From assembly GCA_002104905.1 (NCBI GenBank), contig MCFE01000262.1, positions 1 to 64,000 on the forward strand: 64,000 bases of DNA. The letters run 5' to 3'. Under the pieces are notes generated by a model. That model was not told where the DNA came from and made no database searches. It saw only the letters and a program-made list of their open reading frames with translations. Position numbers and translations under genes: made by a program. The stretch is from Basidiobolus meristosporus CBS 931.73 (lineage: Eukaryota; Fungi; Basidiobolomycota). Below, in pieces: positions 51,801 to 63,373 of the stretch; position 1 is the stretch's first letter, and each line of letters opens with the position of its first letter.

Positions 51801-54569
51801 TACACATGGGCCTACTTCATGGAGAGAAAGGAAGAAGCTCTGTCTAAGCTCAGGGAGTTTAAAGCCATGGTGGAGAGAGAAACTGGTGACAAAATCAAGA
51901 AAATATGCTCTGACAATGGTGGAGAATATACCTCAAAACTCTTCATCCACTTCTGCAAAATTCATGGGATAAAGCAAGAGACTACCGTACCATACCCCCA
52001 CAGCAAAATGGAGTGGCAGAACATGCTAACAGATCAATAATTGATATGGCAAGATCTATGATCCATGATCCACAATTATACTATGATTTTTGGGTGGAAT
52101 CAGTTGCCACTGCTTTATATCTTTAAATAGGAGTTATAACAGAATACTTTGTGATTCTACTTCATTTGAAGCATGGTATGGGTACAGACCAAGTGTAGAG
52201 CAACTAGGAATACTTGGGTGTACAGCATATGCCAAGAAACTGCCTGGAAATCAGTCAAAATTTGAGCCAAAAAGTTAAAATGCATATTTTTGGGCTACTG
52301 CAATGAGAGTAAGGCATACAGACTCTACAATACCAAAGCAAAGAAGCTAATCAAGTCCAGGGATGTGCTGTTTGATGAAAATTCAAAATTTTCACAAAAA
52401 ATGACGTCAGATGATGACAAAAATCCAATGCCAAGTCCACCAATTGTCAGGATTGAATCAGAGCAAAACAATGAGAATTTTTTCACTCCAGAGGACTCTA
52501 CAACCTTGGTTCAGCCAGAATCAGTGCCCAGTGATATCCGAGAAGTGATCATTCCAGTATCAAATGCCCGGAGATCAAATTGGACAAGAAATAGCCCAAA
52601 TTACTATATCAATGAGGGTACAAACTTAGCCTATGCCTAGTCAGTCCATATTGATGCACCCCAGACTGTGAAAGAGGCCCTAAATAGCCCACAGACAAAG
52701 TTCTGGAGATCTGCAATGACTGAGGAATATCAGGCACTGATGGAATATCAAACTTGGGACATAGTCTAATTACCAATCAACCAAAAATCAATTGGTTGCA
52801 GATGGGTCTTCAAGACAAAATACAAGGCTGATGGTACAATTGAAAGATACAAAGCAAGACTTGTGGCCAAAGGATACTCTCAAAAAAAAAGGACTTGACA
52901 ACACTGAGACCTTTGCACCAGTGGCCAAGTGTAATTCCATTAGATTAATATTGGCTATTGCAGCCAAATATAAGTTTTTTTTTCATCAAATGGATGTAAA
53001 AGCTGCATTTTTGAATGGAGAACTTGATGAGGACATGGATATGGACCAGCCTGATGGGCCTGTTGACCAAGATAACCCCCATTTGGTCTGTAAGCTTAAA
53101 AGTCACTATATGGTCTCAAACAATCACTAGGAGCCTGGAATTGCAAGATAGACTCTTATTTAGAATCTTTGAGTTTCAAAAGGAGTGATGCTGAATATAG
53201 TGTATACTATAAGCCAGATAGAGCAAATCCAGTTCTATTAGCTCTATATGTGGATGAACTTATTATAGCCACCAATAACCTAGGAACATTGGAAGAGACA
53301 AAATCCAGCCTATCTAAGGAATTTAAGATGTCCAATCTAGGAGAACTCAATTACTACTTAGGGATTAAGTTCTCCATAGACAGAAGTACCCAGACTATTA
53401 CCCTAAGCCAATCCAAGTATATTCAAGATACACTAAAGAAGTACAAAATGGAAGACTGTAAACTGGCAGCTACCCCAATGGAGACAAACCTTAACTTGGT
53501 CAAAACTCAACCAAATCAAGAGAGCTTGGTGCCATCTGAAAGCCCTGACTTTCCTTATCAATCTATGGTTGGCAGTCTGATGTAAATCTTGCTTGGAACA
53601 TGTCCAGATGTCTCATATTCAGTGGGAGTTGTCAGCCAACAAAATCAGAACTATGGATCTGATCATATTGCAGCAGTTAAGCAGATTTTTAGATACCTAA
53701 AAGGAACTGCTGATATCTGCTCAAGATACACTTATAAGGATTCAGAACAGGATCTTGTGGGATACTCTGATGCTGATTGGGGACAAAATTTAGAAGACAG
53801 AAGATCCACCACAAGAAACACCTTTCTCTACTGTAAAGGAGCAATTTCATGGAACTCAAGAAAGCAACCAAATATAGCACTCTCTCCCACAGAGGCAGAG
53901 TATATGGCAGCCTGTGAAGCTACAAAAGAAGCAATGTGGTTAAGAAAGCTTTTTACAGATTTAGGCCAATGTCAAAAAATGCCTATTACTTTATTTTAAG
54001 ATAATCAAGGATGTATAAAATTAGGTAGAAATCCAACATTTCATGCTAGAACCAAGCACATAGATGTTAGACATCACTTCATACCTGAAGCTATAGAAAA
54101 TAACTTAGTTAGCTTAGTTTACTGTCCTACAGATGAAATGATTGCAGACATATCTACCAAAACATTAGCTAGAGACAAGTTTGAATATCTTAGGTCAAAA
54201 TTGGGACTAGTCAGTATGAACATTTAGTTGAGTGGGAGTTTTGTAAAAATTTGTAATTCCACCAAAATATTCACCTAACTTAGTCACTTTGATCATTACC
54301 TTCAAACCCTAGAGAATACTGACCAAATTCCTTGATGGGATTCACTTGGAATATTTACACAGAACATGAAAATTCTCAAATTTGTCCAAACAGCCCACAC
54401 TTTGCACACATACTCTTGGGACCTTCCTTAACTTATTATATGGGTTTGCCATGCCAAGACCATGTAAAAGTATAAATACTACTTTTACATTCAATAAACC
54501 ATTAAGTGAAAACCATATAATCTACTTGTCCTCCAAGTCACTTCCAATATCTCCAAGACTCTTACAACA
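48833..54569 (+). mobile_element. Copia-2 tandem unit 1 (LTR 48833-49181, internal region, LTR 54239-54569)
   Basis: PBS GGTTATAAGCCCC; gag-PR-IN-RT-RH fragments; PPT. The LTRs differ by a 17-bp deletion. No TSD found. Confidence 0.92.
49795..50865. mobile_element. Probable solo LTR, family LTR-6 (1071 bp), in the gag of unit 1
   Basis: TG..CA ends. Flanks GCAC and GCGT fit a decayed 4-bp TSD (GCGC in Copia-2a). gag resumes immediately afterwards. Confidence 0.75.
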
Positions 54570-54589
54570 GGTACTTGGTGTTTTGGTGA

Positions 54590-57500
54590 AGCCTATTCTA
54601 TATGTTTGATATGCCAAGACCATGTAAAAGTGTAAATACTACTTTTGCATTCAATAAATCATTATGTGAAAACCATATGATCTACTTGTTCTCCCAATCA
54701 CTTCCAATATCTCCAAGACTCTTACAACAGGCTATGAGCCCCAAGCTGTCACTCTCTGCAATGTCTACTACTGCTATTACTGGAATTTTTCCCTCTGCTG
54801 AAAAGTTGGATGGATCTAACTACCAAGTGTGGAAGGTGATGATGAAGATGCTGCTACAAGAAAGAGGCCTTTGGGATATTGTCATGGGAGAAGAATGCCC
54901 TCCTAAAAATGTGGGAGAGGAAGCCTTAAAGTACCAGAAGTAGGAACAAAGTGCCTTTAACTGCATTTGCCTTAATGTCAAGGACAAATTGCTAATTCAA
55001 TGCTCAAGAGCAAAAACGGCAAAGAATGCCTGGAAGGCATTAGAAGACACCTACTAGTCATGTTCAGCTGCCAAGAAAATGTATCTGAGATGAAAATTCT
55101 TTACTACAAAGATGCTGCCAGGAAAAGAAATGAAAAATCTAATGAACAGAATTACCCTGCTGGTAGATGAGATGGAATCTGTGGGCGTACCAACTACTGA
55201 TGAGGATGTGACAGTTACCATCCTGAATAGCCTGACAGACAGGTTTCAGGGCCTTGTATCAGCCCTAGAGTCCAGAACTGAAGATTTGACCTTAAATTAT
55301 GTATATGGAAGGCTCCTGGATGAAGAATTAAGAAAATCAAGCACCAATAAGAAGGAAGAAGAAAATGCTTTGATAAGCAATGATAACCAACAAAGGAGGT
55401 ACCCAAGACCCTACAAAGGCAACAGCAACCTATTTTGCAACTACTGCAAAAGGAAAGGACACACATCAGACTGGTGTCTCAAAAAGAGAGATTATCAGCA
55501 AAAGAAGCCTGAATATGGAAATGCTGCAACAACTGAAGATAGACTATTCATATCTGCACTAAATATGACCACAAACAAGGATTCTCAGATATGGTATATT
55601 GACTCTGGAGCATCTCAACACTTTACACACCAAAAAGAACTTTGTACCCAATATCAAGAAATTCCAATTAAGAAGGTTTTCATGGGCGACAATAGAACAC
55701 TTAATGCAGTTGGAGAAGGAACTATCCAAGTTAACCTTAGAAGCAGTGAAGGAAGCCATACACTGACCTTTAAAGAAGTTCTCTATGTACCAGAAATAGC
55801 CAAGAACCTACTCTCTGTAAGCAAGGCCACAGCAGAAGGACTCAGTTTCAGTTTTGACAATTCTGGATGCAGGATCACTGATCAAAATGGTGCCCATATT
55901 GCTTTGGGCATCAGAGATCAGAATCTATACAAGTTGACTTATATTCCATCATATTTGGAAGCCAATATAAGTAACTTAAATGAAGAAACACCCATGCTTT
56001 GGCACAGGAGATTTGGACTCATCAATTTTTATTATTTGCATAAAATGATCAAAGATCAGCTAATTTCTGGAGTGAAAATTGATCCCCCAGCTAATTTGGG
56101 GCACTGTGAAGCCTGCATATATGGGAAACAAGCCAGACAACCGTTTAAGAGCTCTGGGCTAATCAAAATAAGAAAAAATTAGATCTAATTCACTCAGATC
56201 TGTGTGGACCTATGCAAAATTTATCCTTAGGTGGGATGAAGTATTTAATCACTTTTATTGAGGATTATACAAGATACACATGGGTCTACTTCATGGAGAG
56301 AAAGGAAGAAGCTCTGTCTAAGCTCAGGGAGTTTAAAGCCATGGTGGAGAGAGAAACTGGTGAAAAAATCAAGAAAATACGCTCTGACAATGGTGGAGAA
56401 TATACCTCAAAACTCTTCATCCACTTCTGCAAAATTCATGGGATAAAGCAAGAGACTACTGTAACATACTCCCCACAGCAAAATGGAGTAGCAGAACAAG
56501 CTAACAGATCAATAATTGATATGGCAAGATCTATGATCCATGATCAAAAATTATCCTATGATTTTTGGGCGGAATCAGTTGCCACTGCTGTATACCTTAA
56601 AAATAGGAGTTATAACAGAATACTTCGTGATTCTACTTCATTTGAAGCGTGTTATGGATACAGACCAAGTGCAGAACATCTAAGAATATTTGGGTGTACA
56701 GCATATGCCAAAAAACTGGCCGGAAATCAGTCAAAATTTGAGCCAAAAAGTGTAAAATGCATATTTTTGGGCTACTGCAATGAGAGTAAGGCATAATGAC
56801 TCTACAATACCAAAGCAAAGAAGCTTATCAAGTCCAGGGATGTGTTGTTTGATGAAAATTCAAAATTTTCACAAAAAATGACATCAGATGATGATGAAAA
56901 TTTGATCTCAAGCCCACCAATTGTCAGGATTGAATCAGAGCAAAACAATGAAAATTTTTTCACTCCAGAGGACTCTACAACTGTGGTTCAGCCAGATTCA
57001 GGGCCCAGGAATATCCCAGAGGTGATCATTCCAGTATCAAATGCCCGGAGATCAAATTGGACAAGATATAGCCCAAATTACTATATCAATGAGGGTACAA
57101 ACTTAGCCTATGCCTATTCAGTCCATATTGATGAACCCCAGACTGTAAAAGAGGCCCTAAATAGCCCTCAGACAAAGTTTTGGAGATCTGCAATGACTGA
57201 GGAATATCAGGCACTGATGGAAAATCAAACTTGGGACTTAGTCAAATTACCAATCAACCAAAAATCAATTGAATGCAGATGGGTCTTCAAGACAAAATAC
57301 AAGGCTGATGGTACAATTGAAAGATACAAAGCAAGACTTGTAGCCAAAGGATACTCTCAAACAAAAGGACTTGACTATACTGAGACCTTTGCACTGGTAG
57401 CCAAGTTTAATTCCATCAGATTAATATTGGCTATTGCAGCCAAATATAAGTTTTTTATTCATCAAATGGATGTAAAAACTGCATTTTTGAATGGAGAACT

Positions 57501-59046
57501 TGATGAGGACATGTATATGGACCAGCCTGATGGGTTTGTTGGCCAAGATAACCCCCATTTGGTCTGCAAGCTTAAAAAGTCACTATATGGTCTCAAACAA
57601 TCACCAAGAGCCTGGAATTGCAAGATAGATTCTTATTTGGAATCCTTGAATTTCAAAAGAAGTAATGCTGACTATAGTATATACTATAAGCCAGATAGAG
57701 CAAATCCAGTTCTATTAGCTCTATATGTGGATGATCTTATTATAGCCACCAATAACCTAGAAACATTGGAAGAGACTAAATCCAGCCTATCTAATGAGTT
57801 CAAGATGTCTGATTTAGGAGAACTTAGTTACTACTTAGGGATTAAGTTCTCCATAGACAGAAGTACCCAGACTATTACCCTAAGCCAATCCAAGTATATT
57901 CAAGATATACTAAAGAAGTACATAATGGAGGACTGTAAACCGGCAGCTACCCCAATGGAGACAAACCTTAACTTGGTCAAAACTCAACCAAATCAAGAGA
58001 GCTTGGTGCCATCTGAAAGCCCTGACTTTCCTTATCAATCTATGGTCGGCAGTCTGATGTATATCATGCTTGGAACATGTCCAGATATCTCATATTCAGT
58101 GGGAGTTGTCAGCCAACATAATCAGAACTATGGATCTGATCATATTGCAGCAGCTAAGCGGATTTTTAGATACCTAAAAGGAACTGCTAATATTTGCTTA
58201 AGATACACTTATAAGGACTCAGAACAAGATCTTGTGGGATACTCTGATGCAGATTGGGGACAAAATTTAGAAGACAGAAGATCCACCACAGGAAACACCT
58301 TTCTCTACTGTAAAGGAGCAATTTCATGGAACTCAAGAAAGCAACCAAATATAGCACTCTCTCCCACAGAGGCAGTGTATATGGCAGCCTGTGAAGCTAC
58401 AAAAGAAGCAATGTGGTTAAGAAAGCTTTTTACAGATTTAGGCCAATGTCAAAAAATGCCTATTACTTTGTTTTAAGATAATCAAGGATGTATAAAATTA
58501 GGCAGAAATCCAACATTTCATGCTAGAACCAAGCACATAGATGTTAGACATCACTTCATACCTGAAGCTATAGAAAATAACTTAGTTAGCTTAGTTTACT
58601 GTCCTACAGATGAAATGATTGCAGACATATCTACCAAAACATTAGCTAGAGACAAGTTTGAATATCTTAGGTCAAAATTGGGACTAGTCAGTATGAACAT
58701 TTAGTTGAGTGGGAGTGTTGTAAAAATTTGTAATTCCACCAAAATATTCACCTAACTTAGTCACTTAGATCATTACATCCAGGCCCTAGAGAATACTGAC
58801 CAAATTCCTTGATGGGATTTACTTACAATATTTACCCAAAACATGAAAATTAGATAAGTTGTCCAAACAGCCCAAACTTTGCACACATGCTCTTGGGAGC
58901 CTCCTAAGCCTATTCTATGTGTTTGATATGTCAAGACCATGTAAAAGTGTAAGTACTACTTTTGCATTCAATAAATCATTAAGTGAGAACCACATAATCT
59001 ACTTGTTCTCCCAATCACTTTCAATATCTCCAGGACTCTTACAACA
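54590..59046 (+). mobile_element. Copia-2 tandem unit 2 (half LTR 54590-54729, internal region, LTR 58716-59046)
   Basis: Longest pol remnants: 55112-56182, 56212-56796, 56842-58476 (YVDDL; YSDADWG). Confidence 0.93.
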
Positions 59047-59886
59047 AAAGGACCATTTGAACACCATTAAGTTTATATACCTATATTATTATATTATGCC
59101 TAGAGAAGCCTGCAATGCTCCTAAAGGCTGGTGTATCTCCAGTGCAGACAATGACATGGGCTTTGACTTGGCAGTCACTCACTAGCATCCTGCTTAATAG
59201 CTACTGAAATTCATCTAGTAATGAATGTTGATAGTTATCCAAGATGTATAGTGTTTGGGGACTAGATGCCTAAAGGTATATATCTTTAGGCTCAAATGAT
59301 AGAAGTATAACCAGTACTTAGGGAGTTGATAGAAAGATGACCATCAAAATCTCAAAGTTTAAGCCAGTTGTTGGCAACATATGCATGTAAACTTATTAAA
59401 GTCCCAATGTGTTCTCTAGTGAGCCATGAGCCAATTTGCTCCAGGTGAAATTCCCGTGAAATGTTTGTACAACGCCCCTATGAGTGAGAACCTACGCTCA
59501 AATACATAAGATTACCAAACTTCGTGTTTATGTACTTTGAATACCTGGCGTGTTAATTGGCTACGTTGCAACGAGATATGGAAGATGTGTCAAGTGTCAG
59601 TACCCGTTCACTGCACCCCTGTTTCTCATAAGAAATGTGGAGAGATTGTAGTGGATCCGGTGGCTGACAATGAAAATCAGGAATGAGCCGACGCTTCTGT
59701 CACATGTAAGTGCATTGCCCATTGCTATCAAACTCCAAGATAAAGGGACAAAATGGGAGATTGCATGTGGATTTTGACACTTCATCCACCCATTCCGAAC
59801 ATAGCTTAGACCAACGGTACGGTAGTCTTGATTGGTCGGGGTTGGGCAATGATTCAGTGGCTGGCATTTTAACCCACTCAGACCTA

Positions 59887-59935
59887 TCTCCACCTCGCTT
59901 TGTCCTTCTCTCCACCTCGCTTTGTCCTTCTCTCC
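59887..59935 (+). repeat. Perfect 22-bp tandem duplication in the CT-rich leader of the GATA gene
   Basis: TCTCCACCTCGCTTTGTCCTTC x2 plus TCTCC. Confidence 0.9.
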
Positions 59936-59962
59936 CCCGACCTATTTCTTTCAAGGCATTCC

Positions 59963-61206
59963 ATGGCACCCATCCTACTGAAAATCAAGGGAAGACACTC
60001 CTTCTCTTCCTTCACCAAACTTGCTTCCGAGGAGGAGCTCCAGAAAACTTGGAGAGTGTGCACCCAAGCCAGAGACTCCCTGGAGAACGGCTGTCGACTG
60101 GAAAACCTCTCTTGGCGGCTTTGGCACCTGCACAAGAAGCTGGTGGTGGGCCAGGGGATGTGGAAGCCCCAGCTCAAGAGGATCACCTTCGAGGCGGCCA
60201 CGAGACTCGACCTTGACAACATCTCGAGACAAAACTCGTTGCAAGTTGAACTTGACGCGAACGACAGTTCCCGGTTGGAGGGCTCGCCTCCCCTAATGGC
60301 CACTTCACCACAAGACAAGTCACCTGATATCTCGGTGCGGGACCCCACCACTCTCCAGCTGGTAGCTGATACCATGCGTTGCCCGACTCAACTGGCTAAC
60401 CTCGAGGAGATATTGGGGGCCTATACCACCTCTGCTCTGATGAGCACTCAACAGTATACGGGGCCAAGCACCAACGCCGTATCCATATCCCAATTTGCTC
60501 CTGTAAGCATCTACGATCAATGGTGCGAAGGAACCGTCCCCTCATCTAGCCATCGCTCCTCTCTATCCACCATGCTTTCCGTCACGGGGGTACAGGCCAA
60601 GGCCCTCCTCCCGTCCCCAAATGAACCTCAGCGACCTCCCCTCTCGGCCAGCTCCAGCTCCAGCTCGTGTGTTTCCGCCGTCAGTACCGAGACGAAGCTC
60701 GAATGTCAGAATTGTGGAGTGACCTCGACCCCGCTTTGGAGACGCTCGACACGTGACGAGCTTCTCTGCAACGCCTGTGGACTGTAGTGAGTGTTGGGCC
60801 ACTTCAGAGAGAATTTCCCTGCCGGACTAACAGAGTTGTTTGATGTAGTCTGAAACTCCACAACATGGCCCGACCCAAGAACATGAAATCCCATGTTGCG
60901 CGTAAGGATTCCCGACACGAAGACTCGGGAACCCCGGTGTGCTCGAACTGCGCGACCACAACCACATCTCTGTGGCGACGGGATGGGGATGGGCTGCCGC
61001 TGTGCAACGCTTGCGGGTTATAGTGAGTTCCTCCAGCATAGTCATCGTGAGTTGAATGGGCGCTGACCTCGATGTTGATCAGTTTGAAGCTGCATCACCA
61101 GAAACGACCGCTCTCGATGAAGACCGACGTGATCAAGAAGCGGCAGCGATACGAAGGTGGGCAGACCACGAACCGGGGCCCCAAAAACCCCTCCTCTGGG
61201 CTGTGA
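59963..61206 (+). CDS. GATA transcription factor with N-terminal DUF1752 (AreA/Gat1-type) motif and two C4 zinc fingers; exons 59963-60786, 60849-61022, 61083-61206 (373 aa)
   Basis: [20 protein letters not shown]; CQNC-X17-CNAC and CSNC-X17-CNAC; GTGAGT donors, CTAAC/CTGAC branch sites, AG acceptors; the spliced frame gives [19 protein letters not shown]. Confidence 0.92.
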
Positions 61207-61319
61207 ACAGAAAGGAGAAATGCACCGACTCGCAGATATGAAGGCTTTAATAGTTTAATTCGCGCATTCGTCTATTACATTAACTACCATTACGAAGGAA
61301 GCGAGACACCTGATCTAAT

Positions 61320-61478
61320 CTATATCGAGCCCGAGAAGTGCTTGGGCAACACCGAGGTTCGGTCGTATTCATCCGACGAGTGGGTCAGGTAAATCTTCTC
61401 GAACCTGCTGAAACGCACCGCCTTCTTGAGCTTGGCGTTTGCTGGGCCGCAACTGGCCATCGAAGTGGATATCGGCAT
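61320..61478 (-). CDS. Putative 52-aa micro-protein with PP1-docking motif (RVxF-PhiPhi-R type)
   Basis: MPISTSMASCGPANAKLKKAVRFSRFEKIYLTHSSDEYDRTSVLPKHFSGSI*. KxVxF followed by IY and THSxxEYDR. Pyrimidine-rich tract and TATA-like GTATAAAGTATAA upstream. Confidence 0.7.
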   Translation of the reverse strand: MPISTSMASCGPANAKLKKAVRFSRFEKIYLTHSSDEYDRTSVLPKHFSGSI

Positions 61479-61971
61479 GAAGTATCTTATCTTGCGAATA
61501 ACACGGGTGCAACCGTCGCCTTGCCGTGACGAGGCTCACAAGTGGATTGAGTTCAGAAGCCTCCCTTGGTTCAACGAAGCGGGACAGGTAGGGGAGGTTA
61601 ATAGAGGCGGAATGACGGAAAGACAAAGATGTCTAGTCAGGCGGTCGACGGTTACGCGTTATACTTTATACAAGCGGACCTTGACTCCGTCCACCAGGAA
61701 TTCCCCGATGACCCCTAGGTTCAAAAACAACTTTGAAACAAGCGGGATGAGCTGGGTGGTGCTTGGACTATATGCTTTTATCTGGCGAGTCGTTTCGCCA
61801 GGCGGATGCGCGCCCAAATAACCGCCAATATGGGGATTTAATGGAGGATTGCATACATTCCACATGCCTGAATAAACTTTGCTTATAGGGCGATTTGGTC
61901 CATCCTTGATGACATCTACACACCGTGTATACAGGGCGCATCAGCAGGCATATGAAAGTCGTAGTGTAGGA

Positions 61972-61989
61972 TTAGGGTTAGGGTTAGGG
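61972..61989 (+). repeat. (TTAGGG)3 telomere-type repeat in a divergent intergenic region
   Basis: TTAGGGTTAGGGTTAGGG followed by TTGG. Confidence 0.85.
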
Positions 61990-62418
61990 TTGGTCCGGCG
62001 CTGACATGTGACAGTCGGAACCGGTTGGAACCTGGCACTGTCCCTAAAACCCCGATCAGTTACTATTGGAACGGGGCTAATGAATGGATGCTGGTTTGGA
62101 GTGCTTGGTAGCTAGAAGAGCCTCAAGACTTGCGCCAGGTGGGTAGGCATGTGTGACCGGAAATAGCAACAATCCCACGTTTGTAAGCAACATTAACTAC
62201 CAATCACCTGCCACTGCCATACACGGTCATCAGCCATTCGTTCCGTTGGTTCTAGTACACAAGCCGAGAGTATTCTATACCGTATAAAAAATTGTTTCGC
62301 ACCGCTATAATAGGATTTGAGGGTGGATGGGTCTTGTTGTTTTAGAGGTGCGGTTTGTTCGGTTTCGCCTCAACTCAGCACAACTTGGCAGCAACTGTGG
62401 CCCACGCATACGTTGAAT

Positions 62419-63373
62419 ATGGTCGAGCTCAAACAGGTTCCTTCAAGCACCCCCGAGCGCTACTTGAATGGCGGGGGTAGGTTCGACTTCGAAGTGGTTT
62501 ACAACAAAGTCTACGAGGCAAGCAAGCGCCCCACTCCTCTGGGCCAGCAGGTACAAAAGGCACTCCAGGTGATAGAGAGGGCCTTGGTGTTATATGGGTA
62601 TGTTGGATTTCACCTTCACCTAAATCTCCTGTGTTCCCTTGCTAAGCACCTAGAAGACTGGAAGGCTTGGCCATTAGCTTCAATGGAGGAAAGGATTGCA
62701 CGGTACTTCTTCATTTGCTAGCAGCAGCTATCTATAGCCAGCACCTGGAAAAGGGAGGGACCGCCAGCGATTTCCCCAAAAGGGCTATTCAGTCGATATA
62801 CATCAGAACACCGCAGCCGTTCGTTGAAGTGGAGGATTTCGTGAAGCTGTGTGTGGACTGGTATGGGCTAGATCTCCTCAGCACCTCAGGCCCAATGAAG
62901 GCAGGCCTACAGTACTATTTAGAGCAAAGACCAAAGATCCAAGGAGTGTTGGTCGGAACCAGGCGAACCGATCCGCATGGAGGTATTGGGCAGTTTGTTA
63001 GCGAATCTTTGGAATTGTGCTAAGGATATTGTTACTTCCCGTGGCAGCTAAATTGGCCCACTTCCTACCTACCGATCCGGGATGGCCTACGATGATGAGA
63101 ATCCATCCTATCATCGATTGGAACTACCCGGATATTTGGGATTTCCTGCTAAAACTGGATGTCCCATACTGCCCGCTCTACGAATACGGGTAAGACAAAG
63201 GATGGTCGCACTTGTCCTGGGAGATCCTAACCTTTTTCGTCCGTAGCTATACCTCGCTGGGCTGCGTCAACAATACCCTCCCCAACCCCAGCCTGAAGAA
63301 CGATGATGTTCCTTGCGGGTTCAGCCCCGCCTGGATGCTGCTGCACGGCCACCAAGAGCGTGATGGGCGTTAG
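62419..63373 (+). CDS. FAD1: FAD synthetase (FMN adenylyltransferase, PAPS-reductase family); exons 62419-62597, 62654-62982, 63048-63189, 63247-63373 (258 aa)
   Basis: [12 protein letters not shown]; GTRRTDPHG; [15 protein letters not shown]; LYEYGYTSLG; ERDGR. Three canonical 56-65 nt introns keep the frame. Confidence 0.95.

Noticed and set aside
1-59050. Classical RIP
   Set aside because: Diagnostic LTR-pair changes and stop codons point to CpG, not CpA/TpA, context; TG/CA remain abundant.
48828-59051. A single TSD enclosing the Copia-2 tandem
   Set aside because: Left flank CAAGA does not match the sequence after either 3' LTR (GGTAC, AAAGG).
308-59185. Dozens of 60-130 aa ORFs in the track as genes
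   Set aside because: They are antisense or off-frame by-products of TE sequence, MITE arms or LTRs, and recur wherever the repeat recurs.
59900-59962. Upstream start of the GATA ORF as given in the ORF track
   Set aside because: Not an ATG; the low-complexity CT leader precedes the conserved [10 protein letters not shown] start at 59963.
60640-61206. SreA/Fep1/Urbs1 iron regulator
   Set aside because: No Cys-rich region between the fingers, and an AreA-type DUF1752 motif is present.
61369-61865. ORF-track ORFs 61369-61626, 61426-61821 and 61659-61865 as genes
   Set aside because: No recognisable motifs; they overlap the micro-ORF or its promoter in other frames or on the other strand.
61972-61989. 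Telomere or subtelomere
   Set aside because: Only three units, flanked by genes on both sides.
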